From: Octopus vulgaris
Lineage: Eukaryota
Direction of reading: 5' to 3'
Assembly (NCBI GenBank): GCA_951406725.2
Contig: OX597830.1
Span: 22,630,001 to 22,694,000 of the forward strand
DNA: 64,000 bases
Shown: positions 39,636 to 52,842 of the stretch, in pieces
Numbering within the stretch: position 1 is the first letter of the stretch
Layout of the letters: the number at the start of each line of letters is the position of its first letter
Translations under genes and position numbers: made by a program
The notes under the pieces: model-generated
Database searches by the model: none
What the model was told of the DNA's origin: nothing
Seen by the model: the letters and a program-made list of their open reading frames with translations, nothing else

Positions 39636-40678
39636 GCTCAAACGATTTGAATTCACGTTACGAAGTCTTTATCGCGGAGTGAGTTCACGGAGTAAAGAGT
39701 GGGTTACAAGAGAAATATAAATATATATATATTAACACGGGGGAGAGAGAGGCTATTTTTGGAATGACTAACTAAAAAAACCTTGCACGCATGTGTATAG
39801 ATATATGTGTGCGTATTATGTACTATATAGATAAGTACAGATGTCAATGCATGCATATATACACACACATATACACACATGCAAAGGAAGCATACATTAT
39901 CTGACGACAATATAAACAAATGTATGTCTCCGTGACCTACTGGCCGGTGTTTATCTTACGTGTCTGACGTTTAGTTAGGCGAACACCAAACTGTACCTCG
40001 GTGTAATATATACATACACCGAATAGTACCTCGGTCTATATATATACACACACACACACACCAAATAGCTTCTACCGCAGACAGAAGTAAACCACCGACA
40101 AACCTAATCACCAGTCACTTTAAACAATAATCTTCAGCTGTATATTACACGCACGCTCTCTCTCTTTCCCTCCCTTTCTTCCTCTTTCGGCGCCCAAATC
40201 TCTCTTGAATCAGATCTGGGTTGTTGAACTACATTGAGTTAACCCGAAGAAGGAACGTCTGCAGCCAGTTGCTCTTCCTGTCTCGAGTTTGACTAACCCA
40301 GTCATGGGGGGGAACAAACTGCGGCTTGCTGGACTTCCTGAATGTGTACGCCAACGGAAAATTTCCTTGAATTCTTTTGAAGTACAAGTGTGTGCATGAT
40401 GACAAACCGTGTCTCTTGCAGTCAGCTTCTCGTAAAAGATTGGCCGTGTCTGGTCCAACTCGTGTAAGCAACGAAAAGTGGATGTTAAAATGACGGTGAT
40501 GATTATGTGTAGATCATCATCATCACCATCACCATCATTTTACATCCGTTTTCCATACTGGCACAGGTTAGACAGCTTGACAAGAACTGGTAAGGCCAGC
40601 GGCCACACCAGGTTCCATAGTCTATTTTTGGCTGGCTTCTACAGCTTGATGCCGTTCTTAACGTCAACCACTCCACAG

Positions 40679-41086
40679 AGATCTTTTCGGTTTGACCGGC
40701 AGTTTTTTCTAGCGGTGTCATATGAAATTGTCACCCATAATTATGACCCTAGTATCGATCTATTGCATTTCAATCTGTTTTAGGGTTAGGGGTAAGGGTA
40801 TCTCTTTTTCTTCTTCAGAAATGTAAATAAACCTATTCTGTTTCTTAAACGAGGGACATATTCATACGGCACAGAATGTTTTCACCTCAATAGACGTCAT
40901 TGATTGGTTGAAATTGCAGAAACTGAAGAAAAGAAACAACAAATATCTTACAAACTATAGAATTTTCTCAATAAAGCCAAGAGAAAAAGATGTTTTATAA
41001 ACACATTCTACCAGTATACGAAGTTTAAAAGTGTTTAGTTACGTGGAAATTATTTTAAAAAACTGCCGGTCAAACCGAAAAGATCC
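40679..41086. mobile_element. GGATC-MITE, subfamily 1, inserted in an RTE-tail element
   Basis: TIRs; 8-bp TSD CTCCACAG. Confidence 0.93.
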
Positions 41087-41797
41087 CTCCACAGAGTGTA
41101 CAGCGCTTTTTACATGGTATCAGCATCCACACCAATGGTTTTTTTTTTTATATGTGGCACCTTGGTTTCAGGATATTAATTCTGTAGTGGTGGGTGTGTC
41201 TTCTTGAGAACAGCAATGAGCCACATAACTCAGTCCTCTGTCATCTCCTTCGTAAAGCTCAGTATTCTGATGTGTATATATATGTATGTGTATGTTTGAC
41301 GATTATGGAAGCACATGTCTTAGTGTTTAGGGTGTTGGGCTCATTGTTTATAAGATTGTGGTTTTGAGTTCGGGAACAGGTGATGCAAAATCCTTCATTT
41401 CACATTGCTCCAGTCCACTCAGCTGGTATAGAATTAGTAATCCTGTGATGGACTAGTGTCCCAACCAGGGAGTAAATAATATACACAATGGAAACTAAGA
41501 AACTGACCCCATGAGTGTATATGACTTGGGAAAGATCTTTATCCTATATATGACAATTATGGGGGTTAATAAACCAGAAAGTGTGTATGAAAATTTATAT
41601 ATATGTCCGAAGTCAGTCACCATGATAGATCGTTAGCCACTACACACATTTTTTTCTCTCCTTGATTTTTCTGTGTCCCTTTCTGTAGAAGAGCGTAGGC
41701 TCGGAATGTAAAAGACTTTTTCTATTCCTGAGCGTTATACTAATACATCTGTTTGTTTTGTACACCACCAGTCTTTGTCTTTTTCGTATACTCTCCC

Positions 41798-41828
<31 letters not shown>

Positions 41829-41978
41829 GAGCTAATGTGAATAAATTTCAAATATATTGTTTATGTGAATTTGTGATGATATCTATATAAATATTTTTTT
41901 TAATGTTTCTTTAGCCAAAACAATGGAAGGGAAATGTCTAAAACATTGAAGTATTTAGACATTTAATAACAGCGATTA

Positions 41979-42361
41979 TCTCTCTCTATATAAACGGCAG
42001 TTTGTCTGTGCATTTTCTGTGTGTCTGTTTTCTCGTACCCTCACTCTGACCACGGCTTTCAACCGATTCTGATGAAACTTGACACACACATAGCCCAATG
42101 TCATAATTCAAAACTAACGCAGCGAAAATTTTGAAAAGTTCCCCCAGTTCTGAAAAAAATCGATAAATTCGACATGGGGTCGAGAATCAGAAACCCAAAC
42201 CACAGACCGTCTAGGGGACGCAACTCCACCTTTTTAACTCTCAAAAAAATTTACCATCATTTTTTCCCCATTTTTTTGCTATTTTTTTGGCTATAACTCT
42301 CTAAAAATGCTTTATAGTTATTTCCCTTACAAACCTGAGCAACGCCGGGCGATACTGCTAG
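41979..42361 (+). mobile_element. Non-autonomous Helitron
   Basis: A|TCTCTCTCTATATAAAC...CCTGAGCAACGCCGGGCGATACTGCTAG|T. Confidence 0.88.
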
Positions 42362-43109
42362 TAGATTATAAAAATAAGTGCAGGAAAATTACATCAAAAA
42401 GTTTTCACAGAAGATATAAGTCCCAAATAATATTGTATTAATAGATAGATGTATAAATATATAAAGTTTGATTGTTTAAAAGGTTTAAAAGTTTAAAATA
42501 TCTTAGGATCGTTTTGTGAATGTATTGTCCACAGAAATGGAATCTAAATTTGATAATCATTATTAGGTAATACATCCACTCATCAGAGATAAAGAGAGTG
42601 AATTTCTGTGTAGTCAGTTGAATGCTATTTAGAAATTTATGAAAAAGTTGTTGTTTAAAAATATTGCTTAAAAGTTACTGTCATAAAAATGCATTTGTAC
42701 AATCTTGTGCTAAAAATTTCGAAGGAAAAATAGACATCCATGGTAAAATCCTCTGTGGTAATCCATAATGGCTGTGTGTAATATAAATCCCATAATTCAG
42801 CTCTCTTCAATATGTAATCCATAAATGCAGAAAATAACAGTAATTAGATTTTCGCCTTTTATAGTTGTATATATAAAACTGCAAGATGACATTGTTATAT
42901 CTTATGCAAATGTAAAAATCAGTTTGTTGTACACTAGAGGTGTACAGGTTCAAATTTCAAGAAGGCCTTTCTAGCATTCATCCAATGGAGAATTTATGTT
43001 ATGTGAATATGTGTATACTCAAAATAATTAAAATTTAATTTTCTTTTCTCTTACTTGTAAGCATCCTACTATTACTATGATACCACTATATGAAATATAA
43101 TAAAAGTAA

Positions 43110-44228
43110 GATATTAGTGTTTAAAGGTTTTATAAAACCTATGTCTACATGTGGATAATGCTTCTGACTGGCAATTAATTAAATTATTGGATCTTTTCGG
43201 TTTGAATGGCAGTTTTTTCTAGCGGTGTCATATGAAATTGTCACCCATAATTATGACCCTAGTATCGATCTATTGCATTTCAATCTATTTTAGGGTTAGG
43301 GGTGGGGGAAGGGTATCTTTTTTTCTTCAGAAATGTAAATAAACCCAATCTGTTTCTTAAACGAGGGACATATTCATGCGGCACAGAATGTTTTCACCTC
43401 AATAGATGGTCATTGATTGGTTGAAATTGAAGAAAAAAAAGCAACAAATATCTTACAAACTATAGAATTTTCTCAATAAAGCCAAGAGAAAAAGATGTTT
43501 TATAAACACATTCTACCAGGATAGGAAGTTTAAAATTTTTTTAGTTACCTAGAAATTATGTTAAAAACTGCCGTTCAAACTGAAAAGATCCAAATTATTT
43601 TGTTAATATGTATAGTGATTCCTTTGTACAAAGACAGCAGACAGAAGATTTATGTGTATATGGTGTAACTGAGTCAATGATTAACCAAGATAATTTATAG
43701 TTAACTTTTTTTGTTTGAGTTTATGTAAATACGTAGCCAATGAAGTAGTGTTACTCGCGTTACATTCGGTTTAAATGAATGTATATGTGCTAAAAATCTT
43801 TGCTTAATGTTAATAGAGCTCCTTATAAATACCATGTTGTGTGAGTTATCAGCTTTTGTAACAATGAATTTATATATCATGTTGAACCTTCTACATTTGC
43901 TTTCTAAAGGACATGATTTTTCATTTGTACATGCGCAATATTTAGTTGTATATTTCTGTTCTGTGGTATAATATTTAATACTATTATTATTATTATTATT
44001 TGTTATGGTGCATGGTGTTATATTCAAATTTGTTGTGGAATCATTTATAATAGAATTAGGCAATACATTCTGAGGTAATACATTCATGAAACGATTGTAA
44101 GATATTTTAAACTTTGAAAACTATTTAATAAGTCATACTTTATATATTTATACATCTATCTCTTAATACAATATCATTTTGGACTTATAGCTTCTATGAT
44201 AATTTTTTGATGTAATTTTCCTACCCTT
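43110..44228 (-). pseudogene. Penelope-like element relic: Cys-rich linker plus GIY-YIG endonuclease (Neptune-type), split by a MITE
   Basis: CACTNEKSCPLESKC...MIYK...IKQRFLAHIHSF, then YKLSWLIIDSVTPY...CCLCTKESLYIL, then past the MITE NNLINCQSEALSTCRHRF. This matches the PLE pattern CNC....CPL.GKC...W.I......Y....C.LC..E...I...LLN.RSE..S.CRH. Confidence 0.85.
43189..43591. mobile_element. GGATC-MITE, subfamily 1
   Basis: TIRs; 8-bp TSD AAATTATT. Confidence 0.93.
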
Positions 44229-44235
44229 ATTTTAG

Positions 44236-44398
44236 AAGTGGCTGTGTGGTAAGTAGCTTGCTTACCAACCATATGGTTCCGGGTTCAGTCCCACTGCGGG
44301 GTACTTTGGGCAAGTGTCTTCTATTATAGCCTTGGGCTGACCAGAGCCTTGTGAGTGGATTTGGTAGACGGAAACTGAAAGAAGCCCGTTGTGTAAAT

Positions 44399-44434
<36 letters not shown>

Positions 44435-44616
44435 GGTTGTGTGTCTGTGTCCCCCCCACCCCCACACACACACAACATCGCTTGACAAGCGGTTCGGCAA
44501 AAGACACCAAGAGAATAAGTACTAGGCTTATAGAGAATAAGTCCTGGGGTCGATTTGCTCGACTAAAAGCAGTGCTCCAGCATGGCTGCAGTCAAATGAC
44601 TGAAACAAGTAAAAGA
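44236..44616 (+). mobile_element. SINE A copy with an internal deletion
   Basis: Family A match. Confidence 0.9.
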
Positions 44617-45327
44617 GATACACACATATATACACACAAAATCTGTGTATGTGTGTGTGTGTTTGTATATCCATAATTGAAGAACAAGAAGGCCACAGTT
44701 AAATAAAGTATTCAACGGATTTTAAATGTCTATTATAAAATCATTTACTGAGGTTACTGACCTTACAACTATGTATATATTTCAACACATATGTGCGTGT
44801 ATGTGTTTGTGTGCATGTATATGCATATTTGTGTGTTCATGTTTGTACATTTAGTTCATTAACCCTTCAAATGCAAAATCAAATTTCATGGCTGTTGCAG
44901 TAGCAGAATTGGTATTTTCTGCAAGTCATGCTGCCTCATTAAACTTAACAGATATCAATGGAACTAGTTTTTATTAAGTACAGAGTATAAAAAAGATACA
45001 CTATGGACTAAGAAAAAAAAAACAGTAGATTACTTTAATGAGAATTTTGTGCCTGGTGGCTACAGTACTACATGTAGTTCTCAAGGAGATTCAGCATGAC
45101 ACAGAATAACAAGGCTGGCCATTTGAAATACAGGTACTACTCATTATTGCCAGCTGAGTGGACTGGAGCAACGTGAAATAAAGTGTCTTGCTCAAGGACA
45201 CAACGCACCACTGGAAATTGAACTCGCAATCTTAAGATTGTGAGCTGAACAGGCTAACCATTAAACCATGTGCCTTCATTTTCATGGAACATGAGACAAA
45301 AAAAAAGGTAGAGAAACATTAGGCGCA

Positions 45328-45745
45328 GGAGTGGCAGTGTGGTAAGTAGCTTGCTTACCAACCACATGGTTCTGGGTTCAGTCCTAATGCGTGGCACCTT
45401 AGGCAAGTGTCTTCTACTATAGCCTTAGGTCGACCAAAGCCTTGTGAGTGGATTTGGTAGACGGAAACTGAAAGAAGCCCATCGTATATATGTGTGCATA
45501 TATATATATATGTGTGCATATATATATATATGTGTGTGTGTATGTATGTTTGTGTGTCTGTCCCTCTAGCATTGCTTGACAACCGATGCTGGTATGTTTA
45601 TGTCCCCGTCACTTAGCAGTTCGGCAAAAGAGACTGATAGAATAAGTACTGGGCTTACAAAGAATAAGTCTTGGGGTCGATTTCTTCGACTAAAAGGCAG
45701 TGCTCCAGCATGGCCACAGTCAAATGACTGAAACAAGTAAAAGAG
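45328..45745 (+). mobile_element. SINE A copy
   Basis: Full length. Confidence 0.92.
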
Positions 45746-45754
45746 TATATCACT

Positions 45755-46015
45755 ACGAGTTTATCCTGGTTGGTAACTTTAATGGACATGTTCAGCAAAA
45801 CCATGATAGTACTCTGGCATACATGAAGAAACTGGATATGGTATAAGGAAGAGGGGATAGTATGGAAGAAGGATCAAGGCTCTTGGAGTTCTGTAATGTG
45901 AATTAGCTAACTGTTTGTAGCATTAACATCAAGAGACAGGTTAAGGAACCAGAATGGACAAGATGGCTGTGAATGTTTATACTTGCCCTGACAAAGTTTA
46001 TACCACTCAACAGAG
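45755..46015 (+). pseudogene. LINE APE-endonuclease fragment (RTE type)
   Basis: ILVGNFNGHV...GIHEETGYGIR...EGSRLLEFCNVN*LTVC, similar to GDFNGHVG...GYG.RN.EG.RLLEFC. Confidence 0.75.
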
Positions 46016-46537
46016 ATCAGTGTTTCTCAAAGCGAGGCACATATCCCATTGGTTGGGCATGGAACTTCAGAATGGAGTGTAACACAAGTGAATGAAAATT
46101 ACAATAAAATTGTTATTATAACTTATTTTTGAATATGTTTATATATATACATACACACTTTAAGGTGGCAAGCTGGTAAATTTATTAGCACACTGGGCAA
46201 AGTGCTTAGTGACGTTTTGTCTATCTGTACATTCTGGGTTAAATCTGCCAAGGTTGACTTTGCCTTTCATCCCTTTCAGAGTCAATAAAATAAGGAATAG
46301 TTGAGCACTGGGATCAATGTAACTGATTCACTTCCATCCTTGAACTTGCTGGTCTAGTGTCAAAATTTGAAACCAATATGCGTGGCTGTGTGATAAGAAG
46401 CTTGCTTCCCAACCACAAGGTTCCAAGTTCAGTCCCACAGTGTGGCACCTTGGGCAAATGTCTTCTACTATAGCATCAGGCTGACAAAAGCCTTGTGAGT
46501 GGATTTGGTAGATGGAAACTGAAAGAAGCCTGTGGTG

Positions 46538-46584
<47 letters not shown>

Positions 46585-46799
46585 ATATATATATTTTTTT
46601 ATATATAAAAAATACGAAATGGGAAAAGAAAATCTGGAACTTGACTGAGGTAAGAAAAATCCGAATGACCCGTCCTTGTTTACTTTGTATCGTCTATCTG
46701 GATGTTTTGTGTTCTTGTCTCATTTTGCATTTTTTATATATAAAACATATAGCGGCATACGTACTACACTCTTTGGTCTCTTCTCTCTCTCTCTCCCTC

Positions 46800-46831
<32 letters not shown>

Positions 46832-47059
46832 TATTGTATTTGTGTCTGTATTTGTCCCCCCACCACCATTGCTTGACAACCAATGTTGGTGTATTTATGT
46901 CTCTGTAACTTAGCAGTTAAAAACCATGGCCACAGACAAATGACTAAAAGAATAAAAGAATATATTATATACTAACTTTGTCCATGGTGGGTGCATTAAT
47001 TTTTTCTTGGAACATCGGAATGGGACACAAGATAAAACAAAAAGTAGAGCAACATGAAG

Positions 47060-49025
47060 GTGAACTAATAATAAGGGGTTTCAAAGTAAGAGTTAAACAC
47101 CCATACAAAGAACACAAGACAAGCTGGAGAAAGATGGTATGGAATGTGAAAGATCTCTCTGCTAGACGTAGGTTTAGCTTTAAGTTCTAAGAAATGAATG
47201 TATTAAGAAGAGAGAGAGACCTTTGACATGTAGAACAACTGGAAATTTCTGAGACGATTTGTTGTAATCTGCAGAGCAATTTGTTGTTGGAGCCAAGCAG
47301 AAGATGATGTGGTGATGGAATGGTGCAGTGAATAGAGTCATAAAAGCTAAGAAACAAACTTGAAAAGATTGAAAAAGGTGTGGGAGGCAGCAAACAGTAT
47401 CTGAAGAGCAGCCAGATGTTAGGCAGACATAGCATAAAACCAAGCAAAAAGCAAGTTTTGCCAATGCTCTGCGATGAGAGGATGAGAAGCGTGGTGCTCT
47501 GGATTGCAAAGCAGTTTATCAAGATGTTATTTGTGTAAAGTATGTTTAGCATGGCAGTAGCAACACGTTTACCTTCATTGATGCCAAAAAGGCAAAATGA
47601 CCTGGGTATGTTACTACAGACGAATGTGGAGGAGGCATGCAAAAGAAAGCGTCTCACTCAGGTAGACCTGGCAGAAGGATGAGATATTGATGTTGACAAC
47701 CATAACAGTCAGTCACAAGTGCAATTATGGATATGAAGGCAGGGGAAGCAGATGGACCATTAAGAATAGCTGCTAAGGGGCTGAAAATAAAATATCTGGC
47801 ATAATGGAAATACATGCCAGTCACTTGCATAGCTACATGGGAAAAAGGAAATGAGCAAGAAAGAAGCCAGGACAAAGGACCAAGTTATGAAAGAAGCATA
47901 AATAGTTGTAACACAACAGACTAGGGAAAAAAACTTATCAATGGAACAATTGCAAGTCCTTAGTTGAGAGTAAGTCATTCTACCTAACATTTGTTGATCT
48001 GAAGAAAGGCTTTGAGACAGTACCTCAGTGTGTAACCTGATGAGCTTTAAGAAAACAAAGTCCAGATGAATGGCTTGTGGGATCTGTGCAAGACATGTAT
48101 AGAAATGCTGTCAATAAGATAAAAATTAACAATGAATTCATTGAGGAATTTCGCATGCAGAGAGACATTCACCAGAGCCTGGTTCTCAGCTTCTTTCTGT
48201 TTATTAAAGCCTCCAGGCCCATAACAGAAGTTTGAGATTGGCTGCCTATGGGAACTCATGCATTACAGCGACCTAATTCTCAGCTCTCTCCAGTTTATTA
48301 TAGTCCTTCGGGTCATAACAAAGGAGCTTAATACTGCTTGTCTATGGGAACTCCTGTATTGCGATGACCTAGTTCTCATCTGTTGAGGATTTAGAGATGA
48401 AATTCCAGGTGTTGCAGTGAAATATAGAATTTTGAAAGGCCTCAAAAATGAACAACATAAACAAAGGTTTTAGTAAACAGGAAAAGAGAAAGGACTTTAA
48501 AACTGTTGGAAATGTGACTATGCTGACAATGGAAAAAAAAAAAAATGAACAGGTACAAATTCCATATGATGGATCCAATGTAAACTATGGATATATAAAC
48601 AAGGGTGTAGCAGGATCACAGGCAGGCTGACAGAAAAGCAAGAATTTGTTTATAGCAGATGCACAGGAGTAGTTAGTGGCAAGAGCACCTGTGAGAGTAA
48701 ATACTTTCAAACACTTTTCATACCTACATGACCTAATTAGCAGCGGGTATGGGTTCTCTGAACGCAGAGCAGCTAGAGTAAGAACAGGGTGCAAATATAC
48801 CCAGCAAGCTATATATCTCTCCTTGCAACAGAAGGATACTCTCTTCAAGTGAAGGGCAAAATGTACGATGTTTGTGTACAAGTGTGATGATGTTGCATGT
48901 TAGTGAAACATGGACACTAGATGCGAAGGGTGTGTGGAGGGTGCAAACAAATAAGGTGAGCATGTACTGCAGGATGGGTAATGTTAATGGGCCTGCATGA
49001 TGGAGCACAAATGACATGAGAGAGC
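47060..49025 (+). pseudogene. Heavily decayed RTE-X LINE ORF (linker, RT and C-terminus)
   Basis: Remnants W*WNGAVNRVIKAKK (about 47310), FVDLKKGF (about 47990), CLWELLYCDDLVL (about 48340), KGKMYDVCV...LHVSETW (about 48850). Confidence 0.75.
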
Positions 49026-49301
49026 ATATATATACATATATATATATAAAGTTAATCCAAACAAGAAAGCACAAAAAAATACAACGCAAGGACGTGGAAC
49101 AAATATAGTATTATTGGACACTCAGGAAAGAAGGAAAGAAGGAGGGTTTAACGTTTCGAGCGGAGCTCTTCATCGGAAACATAGGAGAAGGAAAGACAGA
49201 GGAAAAAAAATTGCCAACGGTACACACGAGGTCATATATATATATACGTTTATATATTTGTTTTTCAAGATTTTTGATGTGAAATTGTGTGTTGAAACAG
49301 A

Positions 49302-49634
49302 TATTGTTGTATTTAGGAATGGTCATTTTGCCAGTTTAGCCAATAAAAACACACGCACAATATATTTGGTGTTACTTTGCTTCAGTGTTATTTATTTTTT
49401 ACATTAATCTTAATCATATTTCGGCCAGAGTTCTTTCGTCACACCCCTGTGACCGCATCAGTGGTCCTTTGCTTTCTTCTTTCTTATTTGTGTGTCTCTC
49501 CTTACTAACAGTCGAAATAAGATTAAGATTAATGTAAAAAATAAATAACACTGAAGCAAAGTAACACCAAATATATAGTGCGTGTGTTTTTATTGGCTAA
49601 ATTGGCAAAATGATCATTCTTAAATACAACAATA
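49302..49634. mobile_element. Fold-back of 124-bp arms (6 mismatches) with a hammerhead motif in the spacer; Penelope-type inverted ends
   Basis: Arms 49302-49425 and 49511-49634; flanked by (TA)n. Confidence 0.8.
49423..49467 (-). ncRNA. Candidate minimal hammerhead ribozyme
   Basis: GGACCA-CTGATGCG-GTCACA GGGG TGTGAC-GAAA-G AA C-TC-TGGCC; non-canonical C at position 9. Confidence 0.55.
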
Positions 49635-49746
49635 CATACATATATATATTAAAGAAGTGATTTTAAATTCTCAAATGCAGGATAATGCTAATAATATAGC
49701 CTCATAGCCAGGTGCCAGCACATTTTCTGCAAAATAGGGGTAGCTT

Positions 49747-50223
49747 ATCTCCATAAATACATGCAATTGAAAGGGGGCTAGTGAAAAGATATTTAAAAAA
49801 GACTCCACATTAATTGCGAATTAGCTAATTTCAAGATTAAAATCTTATATACATTTTTTTCCCATTGCCGGCACAATAAATGTAAAATATACAAACAAGT
49901 ATTAGTACATACCCATAACAAAGCGAGTTTGCATGTCTATACACAAATACTTGTAGGTATAGATTCAGAAAAGTCAGACTTAAATCTTCTCATGACGATC
50001 ACTTGTATTTATATCAAAACAAGACCACAGAGGACGTGCAAACTTGCTTTGTTATGGGTATGTACTGATACTTGTTTGTATATTTTACATTTATTGCGCC
50101 GACAATGGGAAAAAAATCTATATAAGATTTTAATCTTGAAATTAGCCAATTCGCAATTAATGTGGAGTCGTTTTGAAATATCTTTCCACTAGCTCTCTTT
50201 CAATCACATGTATTGATGGAGAT
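49747..50223. repeat. Fold-back of about 190-bp arms with a 95-bp spacer
   Basis: 49747-49937 is the reverse complement of 50033-50223 (roughly 90 percent identical by eye). Confidence 0.92.
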
Positions 50224-50292
50224 TTTCTCAGTAGCTTCATAATGTTTAGACATTCATTTAGCATGGAAGAGAAAAGTATTGTTTCGACTTTC

Positions 50293-50672
50293 AGTGGTTG
50301 TGTGGTAAGTAGCTTGCTTAACAACCACATGGTTCCGGGTTCAGTCCCACTGTGTGGCACTTTGGGCAAGTGTCTTCTACTATAGCCTTGGGCTGACCAA
50401 AGCCTTGTGAGTGGATTTGGTAGACAGAAACTGAAAGAAGCTCATTGTATACATGTATATGTATATATATGTGTGTGTTTGTGTGTCTGTGTTTGTCCCC
50501 CCAACATCGCTTGACAACTGATGCTGGTGTGTTTACATCCCTGTAACTTAGCGGTTTGGCAAAAGAGACTGATAGAATAAGTACTAGGCTTACAAAGAAT
50601 AAGTCCTGGGGTCGATTTGCTCGACTAAAGGCGGTGCTCCAGCATGGCCACAGTCAAATGACTGAAACAAGT
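50293..50672 (+). mobile_element. SINE A copy
   Basis: Family A match. Confidence 0.92.
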
Positions 50673-52842
50673 ATAAAAAAAAAAAAGCGTAATCACATCA
50701 ATGAATTCTAGAAGCGATGAGATAATGCATGATTAATTCAAAATAATGTGAATAAACAAGCAAGCATTACTTTTGAAAGAGCAATTTGTGTGCCAAAGGG
50801 TTAAATAAAATTGATTTCTGACATAGACAAATTGTAACAAACTTTGGATAGAGGAATGTACAATCAACAATCAATTATATTGATCTTCTCCTTGCAGTAC
50901 TTTATTGGTAATTATTTCATCGACCTTAAATGGATGAAAGACAAAGTTGACCTCACCAGTCAGCTATGGAATGGAGCTAGTTGATAATTTCATCGACTGA
51001 CATTTTATAGCTCTACAACTGAAATAGCTGAGTGGGTAAGGTACTGGACCACCAGTCGAAGAGTCACAAGTTCAGATCCAATGTAGACATGTTCTTGTAT
51101 ATCTACAGTATTTTACATCACTACCCTTCACCAAATGGTGTGTGTGTGTGGGTAGGTGTGTTGTCGGGTCTTTTAAGAATGTACTTACTCTCTATCACAG
51201 AATGATATTGTCCATGTGGGGAAATTATCTAACTCCCACAATATCACAGAAACTGGAGCTGCTGTCTAATAAAACCAACATATATGTCCAGAGTTGCCCC
51301 AGTAGGCTAGCAAAGACCAGGCTCATTATCTGAACCCCCCTTGTAGATCACCTTTTACTTTTTAATTAATTTAAATACCATACACCTTTCTACTATAGGC
51401 ACAAGGCCTAAAATTTTTGGGGAAAGAAAGGGCCAGCCAATTAGATTGACCCCAGTATGCAACTGGTACTTAATTTATCAACTCCAAAAGGATGAAAGGT
51501 AAAGTTGACCTCGGAGGAATTTGAACTCAGAATGTAAGGACAGATGAAATACCACTAAGCATTTTGCCCAGTGTGCTAACGATCCTGCCAGCTCACCACC
51601 TTAAATAATGATAATAATAATAGACTTCAAAATATGAATAAATAAAACCTTCTTATCACCAACCCTTATCTGTTTCCAAGCAAGGTAATATTTCCCTATG
51701 GCCAGATATGTCTTTATAGAATATTGGAAATCAATAACAATCATTTACAGCCTTGGTTCTTAACTGGGGGTCCACATAGGGTTTTGTTCATATAACTTAT
51801 GTGCAATAAACTGCTTTTATTTCTACAATACACAAAATATGGTTGAAGACCACTGAGTTATAACAATCATATTATGTAAAACTCAGACACATATATGCAT
51901 GACAGACTTCTTTCAGTTTCCATCAACCAAATCCACTCACAAGGGTTTAGTTGGCCCAGGGGTATAGTAAGAATACATTTGCCCAAGTTGAGTGGAACTG
52001 AATTTGAAACTAGGTGCTTGGGAAGCAAACATCGTAACCACACAACTATGCATGAGCCTTTCATCAATACAGTCACAGAAGTTTGAGAAGCATTGCCAAC
52101 ACTAACATGACTCAACCAGCACATCATGTTTGCTTTATTTCTTTCAAGCCATTATATATCTTTCACAGTGAATGCCCACATATCACTACCATGCAGCATT
52201 GCTGTTCATATCATGCATCATACAGTCAGCCCTTCACTTTGGAAGAGAGAGAGAAACCTTTTGTTACCAGAAGAGGAAACAGCTTTATTTTCCCCATCCT
52301 GCTTTCCCACTGGTTACTATGTTTTCAATACATCCTTTCACAGCTAACTAGGTTGCCTACAATACAAAAGATATCAAATACTTCTAGCAGAGTTTTCTAA
52401 GCATTTGAGAAAATTTCTTTCATGTGCGTTTTTAGTCCTTACTGCATCTACCACTCATAATCTCTAAATTCTTTGTCAACATGCCCATGATCCAACTGGA
52501 ACTCTTAAGTTCATAGTTCACAGTGAATATATCATATGGGTAAAGTCATGTGGTGTATTGGTTAAGGTGTTGCATTCATGATCACAAGATTGTTGTTTCA
52601 ATTCCAGGACTGGGCGGTATGTTGTGTTCTTGAGCAAACCACTTAATTTTGCATTACTCCAGTCCACTCAGCTGTAAATGAGTAACCCTGTGACTGACAG
52701 GCACTCCATTCTGGAGGGATATTATGATTTCAGTCACTTATATGCCAGGGAAACCAGGTAACTGGCCCCAAGAGGGAATCCTAGGTCTCAAGACAGAACT
52801 TACATTACAGGAATGTACTATTTGACAATATAAATATATATA

